From the IMG/VR virus record IMGVR_UViG_3300023179_000080, positions 1 to 64,000 of that record: 64,000 nt of DNA, one strand, 5' to 3'. The position numbers were made by a program, and so were the translations under genes. The DNA is from a virus. This document shows, piece by piece, positions 26,029-35,472 of the stretch; the stretch's first letter is position 1, and every line of letters begins with the position of its first letter. Below the pieces are notes generated by a model, which had not been told where the DNA came from, did no database searches, and was given only the letters and a program-made list of their open reading frames with translations.

Positions 26029-27211
26029 CTGAATAACTTACGGCACAAGGCCGTAAGGTTCGAGGGTAGTCTTGCCTTCATCGACTTTACCCTTTAGGGA
26101 CTTCAGCTCGGATGATTGTGTCATCCTTCGGCCCTTCCTGCGAATCTCTTTCTTCACAGGATCGATCTTTGGGCGTAATGCGATGTTGAAAGCTGCATTT
26201 ACGTCCGCATGATCAATGTGTTCACAGTGCAAACAGTGAAACACTTTTCCATTTCTGCTCTCTTTATCAACTACTCCGCAACGAGAACATGAAGTTGATG
26301 TCCAAGCAGGATCAACAACATTCAACTCGACACCTTGCTCCTTAGCCTTGTAAGTGAGAAGCATTCTCACCTGATAGAATGGCCAAGAGTTCAAGGTGTG
26401 ATTTCCTTGTTTACGGTACTTCTTCGTACAATCTTTTCTAATCCCAGAAAGATCTTCTAGCTTAATTCCAACTCCACTTTTCTTTGCTTCTTTGACTATT
26501 TTAGTTGTGATCTTGTGAATCGCATCAGTCGTCTTCCTTCTCTCACGATCCTTGATCTTCTTCAGCTGTGACCACTGCTTCTTCTCTTGCAGGTTCTGCC
26601 TGATATTCTTATACTTCTTCTTCAAGAAAGGAATCTGTTTTCCAAACTTCTGAACCTTGCCTGTAAGCGGATTTGCCACAACAATGGAGTGAGAAGTTGA
26701 GTTAAGATCGATGCCGATGAAACTTTTAGGTTCATCGGCCTGTTGATCGGGGAAAGTCACGGAAACATAAGCCCATTTCTGATCAATCTCGACTTGATTG
26801 AGTTTTGTCCAACCAGAAGGAAACCAACAGCGAAATTCTGCGTTGAGGCTTGGAATTCTTATTTTTCTAGTTTCTAGATCAAACTTTAGATTTTGACCAG
26901 GAACAGTTAGCTTCACTCTCTTCGGGTTGATTGATTTGATCTTCTTGTTCAGTCCATATTTTCTAACGATCTGATTAGCAATCTCAGATTTTAGGCCAAT
27001 GTGTTTGACGACTTTTGTTGAGACAAGACCATTTTCAAGAGCAAACTGCGCAACTTTAACTGCCTTCTCAAAGAGAGAAGAATCAAAGTTCACACCATGC
27101 TTTACCTTGAACGTCTTGATCATCTCCATGATAAGTATCTTTACTTAAGAAAAATTTTAACAAAAATTCATGATATGGCACAAGGCCGATATCCTTTCTT
27201 TTTGTTGATGT
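26029..27211 (-). mobile_element. IS200/IS605-family TnpB-only element (IS1341-like)
   Basis: Subterminal hairpins GGC-CTTGT-GCC at both ends; TTTAC before the LE; AAAG before the LE hairpin; GAAC before the RE hairpin; TCAG terminus; AT-rich. Confidence 0.8.
26038..27129 (-). CDS. tnpB: RNA-guided endonuclease TnpB
   Basis: RuvC-I GIDLN, RuvC-II LEDL, Zn finger CSRC..CLHC, RuvC-III HADVNAAFNI. Confidence 0.93.
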   Translation of the reverse strand: MEMIKTFKVKHGVNFDSSLFEKAVKVAQFALENGLVSTKVVKHIGLKSEIANQIVRKYGLNKKIKSINPKRVKLTVPGQNLKFDLETRKIRIPSLNAEFRCWFPSGWTKLNQVEIDQKWAYVSVTFPDQQADEPKSFIGIDLNSTSHSIVVANPLTGKVQKFGKQIPFLKKKYKNIRQNLQEKKQWSQLKKIKDRERRKTTDAIHKITTKIVKEAKKSGVGIKLEDLSGIRKDCTKKYRKQGNHTLNSWPFYQVRMLLTYKAKEQGVELNVVDPAWTSTSCSRCGVVDKESRNGKVFHCLHCEHIDHADVNAAFNIALRPKIDPVKKEIRRKGRRMTQSSELKSLKGKVDEGKTTLEPYGLVP

Positions 27212-27248
27212 GTAAAGCATAGTGTGGGACCTCAGGGTGGAAAATGTG

Positions 27249-27518
27249 ATGGGTGCCTATTTCAACCGCAGCGGCAAAATATTCCTCGGCCTGATGGGAG
27301 TTCAGCTCCTCAGTGCGATCTACGATGCATACAGACAATCAGCCGACGCAGCTGCGAATCCGACTCGCGACATGGATGATGAATCAAAAGTCCTGTACTA
27401 TACACTGCTGCAGTTCCGCCGCAATGATGATTGGTCAGGCTACAACAAGTTCTGCGATCAATGCACTCCCCCCGTTCCCATGGACGAGCGCCTTCGTATG
27501 TGGGAACGCCTTGCTTGA
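27249..27518 (+). CDS. hypothetical protein
   Basis: ATG ORF with a hydrophobic N-terminal segment. Confidence 0.55.
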   Translation: MGAYFNRSGKIFLGLMGVQLLSAIYDAYRQSADAAANPTRDMDDESKVLYYTLLQFRRNDDWSGYNKFCDQCTPPVPMDERLRMWERLA

Positions 27519-27619
27519 GTCGTTGACAGTGAAAGGGTACACTGAGAGTATGAGAGTATGAGAGATCTGAGCTTCAGCGACTTCCTCCACAACATCTCGG
27601 TCCGAGAGGACGGTGGCCA

Positions 27620-27841
27620 ATGACCTGGGACTACCGCGTCCTGTCCCGGACCACTGCGTCGGGCGGGGAGACCTGGTTGGGCATCTACGAGGTCTACTAC
27701 GACGCAGACGGCAACCCCGTGAACTGCTCGGAGACCGAGGTGTCCCCCTACGGCGAGACTCTGGAGGAGCTCCTTGCCGACCTGAAGAGGTTCACTGCGG
27801 CAGTGGAGAAACCCGTGCTTCGGTGGGAGGACTTCACCTGA
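27620..27841 (+). CDS. conserved phage-type hypothetical protein
   Basis: WDYRV..GIYEVYYD motif. Confidence 0.75.
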   Translation: MTWDYRVLSRTTASGGETWLGIYEVYYDADGNPVNCSETEVSPYGETLEELLADLKRFTAAVEKPVLRWEDFT

Positions 27842-27877
27842 GCGCAGAGTCGATCATGAAAGAGGTACAGTAAGGAC

Positions 27878-28078
27878 ATGGATAAGATCAACAAGTTCTT
27901 CGACTCAGACTTGCCTGGTGTCTTGCTCATCATGGGCGGGCCGCTCCTCGCAGTGATGTTTGTTGCCCCAGATGCTCGGACGGGTGTCACTGCAGTCGGG
28001 GTCGCGTGCACTATTCCCTTCATTGCTGCGATCGTCTTCCGCACTGTGCTGGCAATCGTTGGGAGCGAAGATCGCTGA
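27878..28078 (+). CDS. small two-TM membrane protein
   Basis: Variant class-A motif at 27841; ATG at +37. Confidence 0.65.
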   Translation: MDKINKFFDSDLPGVLLIMGGPLLAVMFVAPDARTGVTAVGVACTIPFIAAIVFRTVLAIVGSEDR

Positions 28079-28118
28079 CCCAGTGCAAAGTCGCCCTCGA
28101 ACGTGGTATGGTTAACTC

Positions 28119-29336
28119 ATGATAGCGATTGTGAAGGACGGGCGCCGGCCCATCAAGATGTGGGTCGAGGGTGTTCCTGTCGAAGAGCAGGCCGTACAGC
28201 AGCTCGAGCGGATTGCAGCTCTTCCCTTCGTCGGCCCGCACGTGGCAGTGATGCCCGACGTGCACCTGGGCAAAGGCGCGACGGTGGGCTCTGCGGTCCC
28301 GACGTCGGGTGCGGTGGTGCCCGCGGCGGTCGGAGTCGACATCGGCTGTGGGATGATCGCCGTGCGCACGTCGATGACGTCGCACGATCTGCCTGATGAC
28401 CTGTCGGGCCTGCGATCGGCGATCGAGGCCGCGGTTCCCCACGGTCGAACGGACGACGGAGGTCGCCACGATCGAGGCCGGTGGGGTGACGTGCCTGACA
28501 CGGTGGCTTCGGTTTGGACGGACCTCCAGCCCGGTTGGCAGCGGATCCTCGAGAAGCACCCGAAGGTCCACGGCCGGTCGGGAGTCACGGCGGAGCACTT
28601 GGGCACGCTGGGGACGGGCAACCACTTCATCGAGCTGTGCCTCGACGAGGCTGACCGCGTCTGGGTGATGCTGCACTCGGGCTCGCGAGGGGTGGGCAAC
28701 CGCATCGGCTCCTACTTCATCGAGCGTGCGAAGGAGGAGATGAAACGGTGGTACATCAACCTGCCCGACCAGGACCTTGCTTACCTGCCCGAGGGCTCGC
28801 AGCTCTTCGGAGACTACGTTGAGGCGGTGGGTTGGGCTCAGGAGTACGCATCTGCCAACCGCCAGCTCATGTTGGCGGCTGCCGTCCGCGCGATGAAGGG
28901 CCACCTCCGGCCCAAGTTCGACCTGACGGACGATGCGGTGAACTGCCACCACAACTACATCTCCAAGGAGCACCACTTCGGCGAGAACCTGTGGGTGACG
29001 CGGAAGGGTGCCGTGTCGGCACGCGCCGGCCAGATGGGCATCATCCCGGGTTCCATGGGAACGCGGTCGTACATCGTCCGGGGCAAGGGCAACGCGGACT
29101 CACTGTGCTCGTGCTCGCACGGTGCGGGTCGCCGGATGTCCCGAGCAGAGGCACAGCGGACGTTCACGCTGGCGGACCACCGTGCTGCCACGGAGGGTGT
29201 CGAGTGCCGCAAGGACCGCGAGGTGATCGACGAGACGCCCGCCGCGTACAAGGACATCGATCAGGTGATGGCAGCGCAGGCCGACCTCGTCGAGGTCGTG
29301 CACACGCTCAAACAAGTGCTCTGCGTGAAAGGCTGA
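28119..29336 (+). CDS. rtcB: RNA ligase RtcB
   Basis: PDVHLG, GVDIGCG, GTLGTGNHF, HSGSRG, HHNY, RKGA, PGSMG, SHGAGR, DETPAAYK; leaderless (motif 28082+37). Confidence 0.96.
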   Translation: MIAIVKDGRRPIKMWVEGVPVEEQAVQQLERIAALPFVGPHVAVMPDVHLGKGATVGSAVPTSGAVVPAAVGVDIGCGMIAVRTSMTSHDLPDDLSGLRSAIEAAVPHGRTDDGGRHDRGRWGDVPDTVASVWTDLQPGWQRILEKHPKVHGRSGVTAEHLGTLGTGNHFIELCLDEADRVWVMLHSGSRGVGNRIGSYFIERAKEEMKRWYINLPDQDLAYLPEGSQLFGDYVEAVGWAQEYASANRQLMLAAAVRAMKGHLRPKFDLTDDAVNCHHNYISKEHHFGENLWVTRKGAVSARAGQMGIIPGSMGTRSYIVRGKGNADSLCSCSHGAGRRMSRAEAQRTFTLADHRAATEGVECRKDREVIDETPAAYKDIDQVMAAQADLVEVVHTLKQVLCVKG

Positions 29337-29448
29337 TGCAATCGAATCGACCGTCCAATGAAAAGGACGGTCGAATTTTGCTGAATATTCTCATGCCATT
29401 CGTGTCCCACAAGTGCAATGTCAACCATCCCCGTGGTAAGGTGTTCTC

Positions 29449-29787
29449 ATGATGCGTGAATGTATCGAATGCGGTTGTAAGTTCGACCCCAACTCCCCCG
29501 CCAAGCGTCGTGCCGGCGGCCTCATCACCACGTGTGCCGAGTGCTCCGACGAGCCCGCGGTCAAGTACCTCGGCCTCGCCAACGGCGACGGCAAGCAGGC
29601 GTCGGTCACGGTACTTGCCTTCTCGTCGACCGCCGATCGTGAGCGCTACTCTTCCTTCTACCGAAATAATGCCGGCTACCATCGTGGTCGCAGTTGTCAA
29701 CTGGGTGCTCACCTATCCACCGACCCAGGTGTACACTTTCGCACTATTTCTCAAGACTCTCCTCGCAATCACAAAGGCCGCCTTTAG
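29449..29787 (+). CDS. zinc-finger protein, leaderless cassette
   Basis: CIEC..CAEC; ATG at motif(29412)+37. Confidence 0.7.
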   Translation: MMRECIECGCKFDPNSPAKRRAGGLITTCAECSDEPAVKYLGLANGDGKQASVTVLAFSSTADRERYSSFYRNNAGYHRGRSCQLGAHLSTDPGVHFRTISQDSPRNHKGRL

Positions 29788-30547
29788 TCTGATCAAGTTG
29801 TTTCAGCTTTCGTGAAGCCCACATTCGTTTTGAATTACAACTTTTACACAAGCCATTCACGCGCGGCGGCTTTCTGGTGACAATCTTAATTTTTGTTACA
29901 ATTTTATTGCAATCCTTGCAGTTGTAACTAAATTCTTCTGTATTGTTGTGGGATCTTCCAGCTTTATCGGCGCGCTCAATCAAAGAATTAGATATTTTCT
30001 TCTTGGTTTCTTCAGAAATTATCCTCTTTTTTCCTCTGTGACATGCAGCTAATCTTTCGATCCGTAAAGCCTTTTCTTCTTCCGAATATGCACCCCAGCG
30101 AGATCTTGTCTGTTCTGCCAGCTTTGCTTTTGCTTCTGGATTTGAAAACTGACGTTTTGCAGCTTCACTGATTTTCTTTTTCGTTTCTTCGGATAGCTTG
30201 ATTCCCAATCTTGCCTTGCTCATCTTTTCTCTTGTCTCTTTTGTGGGATTAATCCCACCCGCTCCTCCTTCGTTCATGTTGTAAAGAATGATTCCTTCAG
30301 AAAGCTTTTGCTTGATCAGCCTGTGCTCTTCGGCAAATGCTTCTGCTTCAGACTCATGTTCACTCACAACTTCAAAGGTGAAGTTTTCAACACCGTGTTT
30401 GTGAATTGCAGCATGAACAACTTGTCGAAAAGATTTCCTGTGCTGATCTGCAACAAAATGTCCTTTTTTTCTTGATTCAGGATCTTTCGTTTTTCCGACA
30501 TACTGTTTGCCGTTTACTAGGCATGTTATAACATAAACATAGTTCAT
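29744..30547 (-). CDS. GIY-YIG homing endonuclease with NUMOD3-type repeats
   Basis: YVYVITC..YVGKT, YNMNEGG, repeated SEETKKKIS; AT-rich; ATACTTA before ATG. Confidence 0.88.
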   Translation of the reverse strand: MNYVYVITCLVNGKQYVGKTKDPESRKKGHFVADQHRKSFRQVVHAAIHKHGVENFTFEVVSEHESEAEAFAEEHRLIKQKLSEGIILYNMNEGGAGGINPTKETREKMSKARLGIKLSEETKKKISEAAKRQFSNPEAKAKLAEQTRSRWGAYSEEEKALRIERLAACHRGKKRIISEETKKKISNSLIERADKAGRSHNNTEEFSYNCKDCNKIVTKIKIVTRKPPRVNGLCKSCNSKRMWASRKLKQLDQTKGGLCDCEESLEK

Positions 30548-30640
30548 GCATATAAGTATGTGTACGGCAACAAAACAGGATACCATAGGGGATAATATGC
30601 TGTTGTCAGTATATACCGCCACCAACCATAAGGGGCGCAT

Positions 30641-30955
30641 GTGAATCGAGTCCCTTCGGGTTCACTGTGGCGTGTCCGGAGCGCGTGGCTGCTCCACACA
30701 AAGGACACCGAGATGTTCACACGTGAGCTGATGGGCTTCACCCTGCCTGAGCCAGCGATCCTCAACAATCCCGAGAACAGATTCGTGCGGATATCTGTCG
30801 GCACGGTCCTCCTGGTGGGGGAGACCGTGAATCGCTCGACAGGTACGGACTTGCAGCGACATCAACAGTTTGTCCACGTCCTCATGCCGCAGATGTGTTA
30901 TCTCAACCGCTCGTACTTCAACACCGGCATGGACACGCTAGAGAGGATCTCATGA
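30641..30955 (+). CDS. hypothetical protein, paralog of 17091..17435
   Basis: VPSGSLWRV..GTVLLVGETV..QQFVHV..NRSYFN..LERI. Confidence 0.7.
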   Translation: MNRVPSGSLWRVRSAWLLHTKDTEMFTRELMGFTLPEPAILNNPENRFVRISVGTVLLVGETVNRSTGTDLQRHQQFVHVLMPQMCYLNRSYFNTGMDTLERIS

Positions 30956-31218
30956 GAGGCAGTAAGATGGCTGAGAAAAATGTGAAACTTGTAGTGCCCC
31001 TGGTGAGGTCACGGCACGTTGACGAAGTGATCAGGGAAAGAATCGGTGATTTCATTTCCAGATGGGACCCAGACAGGACAATGAGCGCTGAGGCTTTCAT
31101 CAGCTATCTCGTGCACAGCACCGATGCATGGGAAGAACTCTCGCGGTGGCGCATGGAGGCAAGGACTGAGGGACTCAGGCGCTACGAGATGTCCAAAGAT
31201 TACACACCAAACTTCTAA
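30952..31218 (+). CDS. hypothetical protein
   Basis: ATGA-coupled ORF. Confidence 0.6.
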   Translation: MRGSKMAEKNVKLVVPLVRSRHVDEVIRERIGDFISRWDPDRTMSAEAFISYLVHSTDAWEELSRWRMEARTEGLRRYEMSKDYTPNF

Positions 31219-31273
31219 TCTGTAACTAAAAGTTTAAACTGGCGTAACACGACATGCAATAATTACTTTCATC

Positions 31274-32077
31274 ATGAAGCGTTACGCCTGGTGCAGCGAC
31301 ATCCACATGGACATCTCGTGGCTTCCCTTCCTGAAGCGCCTGTATGCCATGAACCTCGAGCGCGCCGGGGCTGACGGGCTCTTCCTCACGGGGGACGTAT
31401 CTTCGGGACCGTTCATCGAGTCCGACCTTGCCTTCATCGCGAAGCACTTCAAGGGACCTGTCTACTTCGTGCTCGGCAATCACGACTACTATGGCCGCCA
31501 CATCGAGTCGGTCCACGACGATGTGCGCAGAGTGTGCAGGAAGCACTCGAACCTGCACTGGATGACAGATCAAGACATCGTGTCCCTCGAGGAGGACGTC
31601 GCGCTCATCGGTACCGAGGGCTGGTATGACGGCAGGCTCGGACTGCCCGACCACCTGCGCTGGACCCTGGATCGCGCCGTGGTGATTGACTTCTTTCACA
31701 TGTCCTCCATGGAAGAGCGCATTGAAGCCTGGCGCGCCATGGCAGACAGGTCTGCCGACATCATAGGTGAACGCCTCGAGCGAGCACTACAGACCCACAA
31801 GACAGTGTACATCCTCACTCACTTCCCACCGTGGGGTGAGGCCACGACTGCCTCGGGCACGAAGCAGGCAGACTTTTGGTTGCCCTACAACACGAACTTC
31901 ACACTGGGCCAACGGATTGAAGAGGTGATGCAGGGGCGTAAGAAGAAGCGCTGCATCGTGCTTGCTGGTCATACCCACTATCCATGCAGAGTCCGTGTCA
32001 GCAACTCTGTGGAGTGCATGGTTGCTCGAGCAAAGTACTTCGGAGAGATTCGACCCGAAGAGACACTTGTTGTATAA
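31274..32077 (+). CDS. calcineurin-like metallophosphoesterase
   Basis: SDIH, TGD, GNHD, THFPP and GHTH motifs. Confidence 0.9.
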   Translation: MKRYAWCSDIHMDISWLPFLKRLYAMNLERAGADGLFLTGDVSSGPFIESDLAFIAKHFKGPVYFVLGNHDYYGRHIESVHDDVRRVCRKHSNLHWMTDQDIVSLEEDVALIGTEGWYDGRLGLPDHLRWTLDRAVVIDFFHMSSMEERIEAWRAMADRSADIIGERLERALQTHKTVYILTHFPPWGEATTASGTKQADFWLPYNTNFTLGQRIEEVMQGRKKKRCIVLAGHTHYPCRVRVSNSVECMVARAKYFGEIRPEETLVV

Positions 32078-32106
32078 CTTGCGGCTTGCATGTTATTTTT
32101 CTCTCT

Positions 32107-32436
32107 ATGAAGAAGAGCAAACTGCTAAAGATGATCCGCGGTCTTGAGAATCAGGTTCTATTTCTCAGATCAAGAATCGAATTTCTTGAGGAAGAAAATG
32201 ACAAGCCTTCTCCCGTGCTGGAAGCCACAATTAGACCTGTGACACCAGTGTCACAGCTTGAATGGCCTTCAGACAGAGTTCGTAGCCGCTGCGGATCTTG
32301 TGGAATTGAGAGAGCAGAGATGCTCGATAGATGCCAGAAGTCTGATTGTCCGTTTGTGCCGCAACAGTCCCGAGACTCAACGGGAACTCCACACTACGTC
32401 GATCTATTTGAGACTACATGTAATACTCAAATTTAG
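32107..32436 (+). CDS. hypothetical protein with coiled coil and CxxC..C..C
   Basis: ATG ORF. Confidence 0.55.
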   Translation: MKKSKLLKMIRGLENQVLFLRSRIEFLEEENDKPSPVLEATIRPVTPVSQLEWPSDRVRSRCGSCGIERAEMLDRCQKSDCPFVPQQSRDSTGTPHYVDLFETTCNTQI

Positions 32437-32560
32437 ATCCCGATGTTGTGGGTGTCGTTTGACAGAGGCCATGCTAGCATGATCGTAAGAACCGAAAATT
32501 CATTCGGTCAGCACACGATGATCTTATACACCGCGGTGCTGGTGTGAAATATTACCCGCA

Positions 32561-32836
32561 ATGCGACTTTTCCCACCAGTAGGAAGTCTAGTGTGTCTCA
32601 AAATAAATTTTGAGCCAACCCTGTACGATTGCTGGGATTCAAGCGCAAAAAATATTGGTTCTTTTTGCTATGCAGATCTCGGCGTAGTTCTCCAAACTGG
32701 TAGCTATATTGTCCCGTACGAAGAACTTGATGATCTCACTGAAGATCTTCCGAAGACCCGTGACGCAATTAAAGTCCTCACTTCACGAGGGATCGTGGGG
32801 TGGACACACGTCGAATACCTGAGAGTCATAACATGA
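32561..32836 (+). CDS. SH3-like hypothetical protein
   Basis: VGSLV..IKVLTSRGIVGW. Confidence 0.65.
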   Translation: MRLFPPVGSLVCLKINFEPTLYDCWDSSAKNIGSFCYADLGVVLQTGSYIVPYEELDDLTEDLPKTRDAIKVLTSRGIVGWTHVEYLRVIT

Positions 32837-33027
32837 ATATCAACGATTTTAACCCACTGCAAGTTGAACAAGAGGGTGATACCGGGAGATGGGTCCTGTA
32901 CATTGCTGATCCTCGACAACCTGATCTTTCATTCGTAGTTTTTCACCGTGGGACAAAAGAAGACTGTGAGATGCTCAAAGAGTTTGGGAATGAGCTCTTG
33001 CAAATTAATCTTGCGTTGTCTAGTTGA
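32833..33027 (+). CDS. hypothetical protein
   Basis: ATGA-coupled ORF. Confidence 0.6.
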   Translation: MNINDFNPLQVEQEGDTGRWVLYIADPRQPDLSFVVFHRGTKEDCEMLKEFGNELLQINLALSS

Positions 33028-33062
33028 AAAGTACCATCTGAATTGACTAGTATGCTAACACG

Positions 33063-34082
33063 ATGCTTGGATCAGGGTTGACTTCGGTCGTAGGGTTTGT
33101 GGGAATCATCGGCACTAGCCTATTCTCAGTTTGGGCTGTGTTGCGTTACATCTTGCTGGGGACGTATCGTCTTAGTGGTGATACATCAAAGCGGATGATC
33201 GATAAAATCATGAAAGATTCATCTTGGAAGTGGGTACTGTCGGGTGAACTTGTTGAACCGCCACGATACCCTGAGACCTTTGAATCGATCGTCATCATGG
33301 GCGGAGCTCCGTTCTTCTTTGCAAGAAGTGAACGTTTGCTCACAGCAGGGTGGAAAAGCAAGGAAGACGTTAGTTCGATCATCTTCCTGCGTTGGCAGAG
33401 AAAAAAAATTGAGACGATCTTGTCAAGCAAGATCGGATACGGAAACATCCCAATCTGCGCACTCACGCCAAGCGACCCTGATCGATTGGGTGAATTGACA
33501 CCTGATCCTGATGCACGAGTGTATCTAAACGAAGGGTCTTACGAGGACATCGAAGAAGACGTTCGAAAGCTTGTCAACGGTGAGATCAATAAGACAAGTT
33601 GCCTGTTGCATGGTGCTCCAGGTAACGGTAAGTCTCAATTTGTCAAGTACCTCGCCAAGAAATACACTCTGCCGATCTATGTGGTCTATCTGAACCCAGA
33701 CTATGACAATCTTTCGGTGGCACGCATGTTCTCTGAGATTCCGCGGAGGTGTATCGTTTTGATGGAGGACTTTGACACCCTATTCACCGGTCGTGACTGT
33801 TCTATGAAGAATGACCAGGTGCGATTTACCTTCGACGCTATCATCAACGCACTTGATGGTGTGCACAATGATTATCGGGGTGTCGTTTTTGTCATGACTG
33901 CAAACGACGTCAGCAAGATTGATGACTCTCTCAAGAAGAGACCTTCACGGTTCAAGTATGTTCGTGAATTCTCAAATCCTGACAGTAGTCTACGTATGAA
34001 GATCCTAAACGACGAGACTGCTGTCAAAGAGACTGAAGGAATGACTCTTGATTCTGTGTTTTCATACAGCTCGAATCTTTAG
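33063..34082 (+). CDS. membrane-anchored AAA ATPase, BCS1-like
   Basis: N-terminal TM; GAPGNGKS, LMEDFD, INALDG, MTAN, RPSRF. Confidence 0.85.
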   Translation: MLGSGLTSVVGFVGIIGTSLFSVWAVLRYILLGTYRLSGDTSKRMIDKIMKDSSWKWVLSGELVEPPRYPETFESIVIMGGAPFFFARSERLLTAGWKSKEDVSSIIFLRWQRKKIETILSSKIGYGNIPICALTPSDPDRLGELTPDPDARVYLNEGSYEDIEEDVRKLVNGEINKTSCLLHGAPGNGKSQFVKYLAKKYTLPIYVVYLNPDYDNLSVARMFSEIPRRCIVLMEDFDTLFTGRDCSMKNDQVRFTFDAIINALDGVHNDYRGVVFVMTANDVSKIDDSLKKRPSRFKYVREFSNPDSSLRMKILNDETAVKETEGMTLDSVFSYSSNL

Positions 34083-34152
34083 AGTCCCGATGAAGATACC
34101 AATTGCGATCGACACAACGATCATATTTGCCAAAAGCATGGAATAGAATCTA

Positions 34153-34542
34153 CTATATGTCCAGCGTCTTTGGATAGCCTTTTTCACCCGGGCGTTTTGG
34201 TCTCTTACCAGCACGTCGACGTGCCCAAATATTTGCCCACAACCCGCGCTTCTTCTTTTTGCCCTCTGAGACAGGCACTGTTGACTGCGTGAGGGTCTGG
34301 ATTCCTTGCGAGGCTTCATGGTCAGTCTGCGGTTCTAAATACCCAAAGACGTCGTTAAGATCTGTGTAGGCTCTCATGATTTTAGCCTGCACCCACGAAG
34401 GAAGCTCATCCTCACAGTTCAACATGTCCAACATCATTTCAGTGATGTCATTGAGACGATGTAGTTGGCTCATTGCCATTCCACCCTCATGGTCTTCTTC
34501 ACCCCAGCCCCAATCTTTCTTCTCGTTAATGCTTTTCTTCAT
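34153..34542 (-). CDS. conserved phage-type protein
   Basis: MAMSQL..LPSWVQAKI and GLWANI motifs; ATAGTTA upstream. Confidence 0.75.
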   Translation of the reverse strand: MKKSINEKKDWGWGEEDHEGGMAMSQLHRLNDITEMMLDMLNCEDELPSWVQAKIMRAYTDLNDVFGYLEPQTDHEASQGIQTLTQSTVPVSEGKKKKRGLWANIWARRRAGKRPKRPGEKGYPKTLDI

Positions 34543-34563
34543 GGTAAAACCATAACTATTATA

Positions 34564-35013
34564 ATGGGACTAGAAAGTACTAGATCCGATTCAACAGGGT
34601 TGTTGCTCATCTCGAGCGTCGTCTTTGGTACATGTGCTACACTATTGAGAAAATTAGCCGCAGGCAAGATTCACCCATTCCAATTTGAGGCAATTACCGG
34701 TACGACCCATGCGATCATTGGGTGGGTTTGCTTGTACTATGCAGTATCCAACAACCTCGTGGGAGAACCACGGGGTCTGGGTATGTTGTGGGCAATGCTT
34801 CAAGCCATCTTTAGCTGTGCAATGGGAATATCATTCATGTACATGCTTCGTGCCGGCGCCGAGGTCGGATATTCATCAACCATTAGTTCCACTGCAATGA
34901 CTGCTCTTACGATACTCGGATCTCGTTTTATACTGGGGGAGGTCCTGACACCCAGGATGCTGTTAGGGGCAATCATAATGATTGTTGGTGTGGCCATCGC
35001 AACCTTCAAGTAA
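34564..35013 (+). CDS. EamA/DMT-family small transporter
   Basis: About five TM segments; ILGEVLT..LLGAIIMIVGV C-terminal pattern. Confidence 0.75.
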   Translation: MGLESTRSDSTGLLLISSVVFGTCATLLRKLAAGKIHPFQFEAITGTTHAIIGWVCLYYAVSNNLVGEPRGLGMLWAMLQAIFSCAMGISFMYMLRAGAEVGYSSTISSTAMTALTILGSRFILGEVLTPRMLLGAIIMIVGVAIATFK

Positions 35014-35025
35014 TACTTAAAGTCC

Positions 35026-35472
35026 ATGAGTAATAAACCCTCCAAGTTACGAAGAATATTCAGCGAGGCACTGGATGAGGAAGCATGGCTGCCCGGGCGA
35101 TGGTATCCTGATGGAGACCCAGTCGACCCCGACGAGATCGAGCTGATGGGGACCGACGGACTCGGGAAACCTGTTGAAGAAGACGATGACCTCAACGAAG
35201 GTGTTCGTCTCACGGTCGATAATTTGCGTCGTACCACTTTCGACGTGGTCCAACGGAAATTCCCAGAGTTCGCTGCACAACTCACGGGGAAATACGGGCC
35301 CCGGAGTCTTGCCACAGCGTCATTCGCCCTTGCTAGCCAAGGCTTCCTCGGCGGTAATGTTCCGCTCGTAGCATTCGCAGAGCGTGACCTCCCGATCGCT
35401 TATTGGGACGGAGACATGATCCGATACAACACTAGTACTTCTCTTGCTTCTGCCGTGGAGGACGCTCCTTGA
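35026..35472 (+). CDS. hypothetical protein with KLRRIFSE motif
   Basis: ATACTTA-aagtcc-ATG. Confidence 0.7.
   Translation: MSNKPSKLRRIFSEALDEEAWLPGRWYPDGDPVDPDEIELMGTDGLGKPVEEDDDLNEGVRLTVDNLRRTTFDVVQRKFPEFAAQLTGKYGPRSLATASFALASQGFLGGNVPLVAFAERDLPIAYWDGDMIRYNTSTSLASAVEDAP

Noticed and set aside
26038-27129. TnpB as a Cas12f/CRISPR effector or a nuclease-dead TldR regulator
   Set aside because: No array is present, IS-type ends are present, and the RuvC D/E/D residues are intact
28020-28976. 318-aa minus-strand ORF
   Set aside because: Antisense shadow of rtcB
29744-30640. GIY-YIG gene as part of a group I intron
   Set aside because: No interrupted host gene or recognisable intron core; it appears free-standing, with its start at 30547
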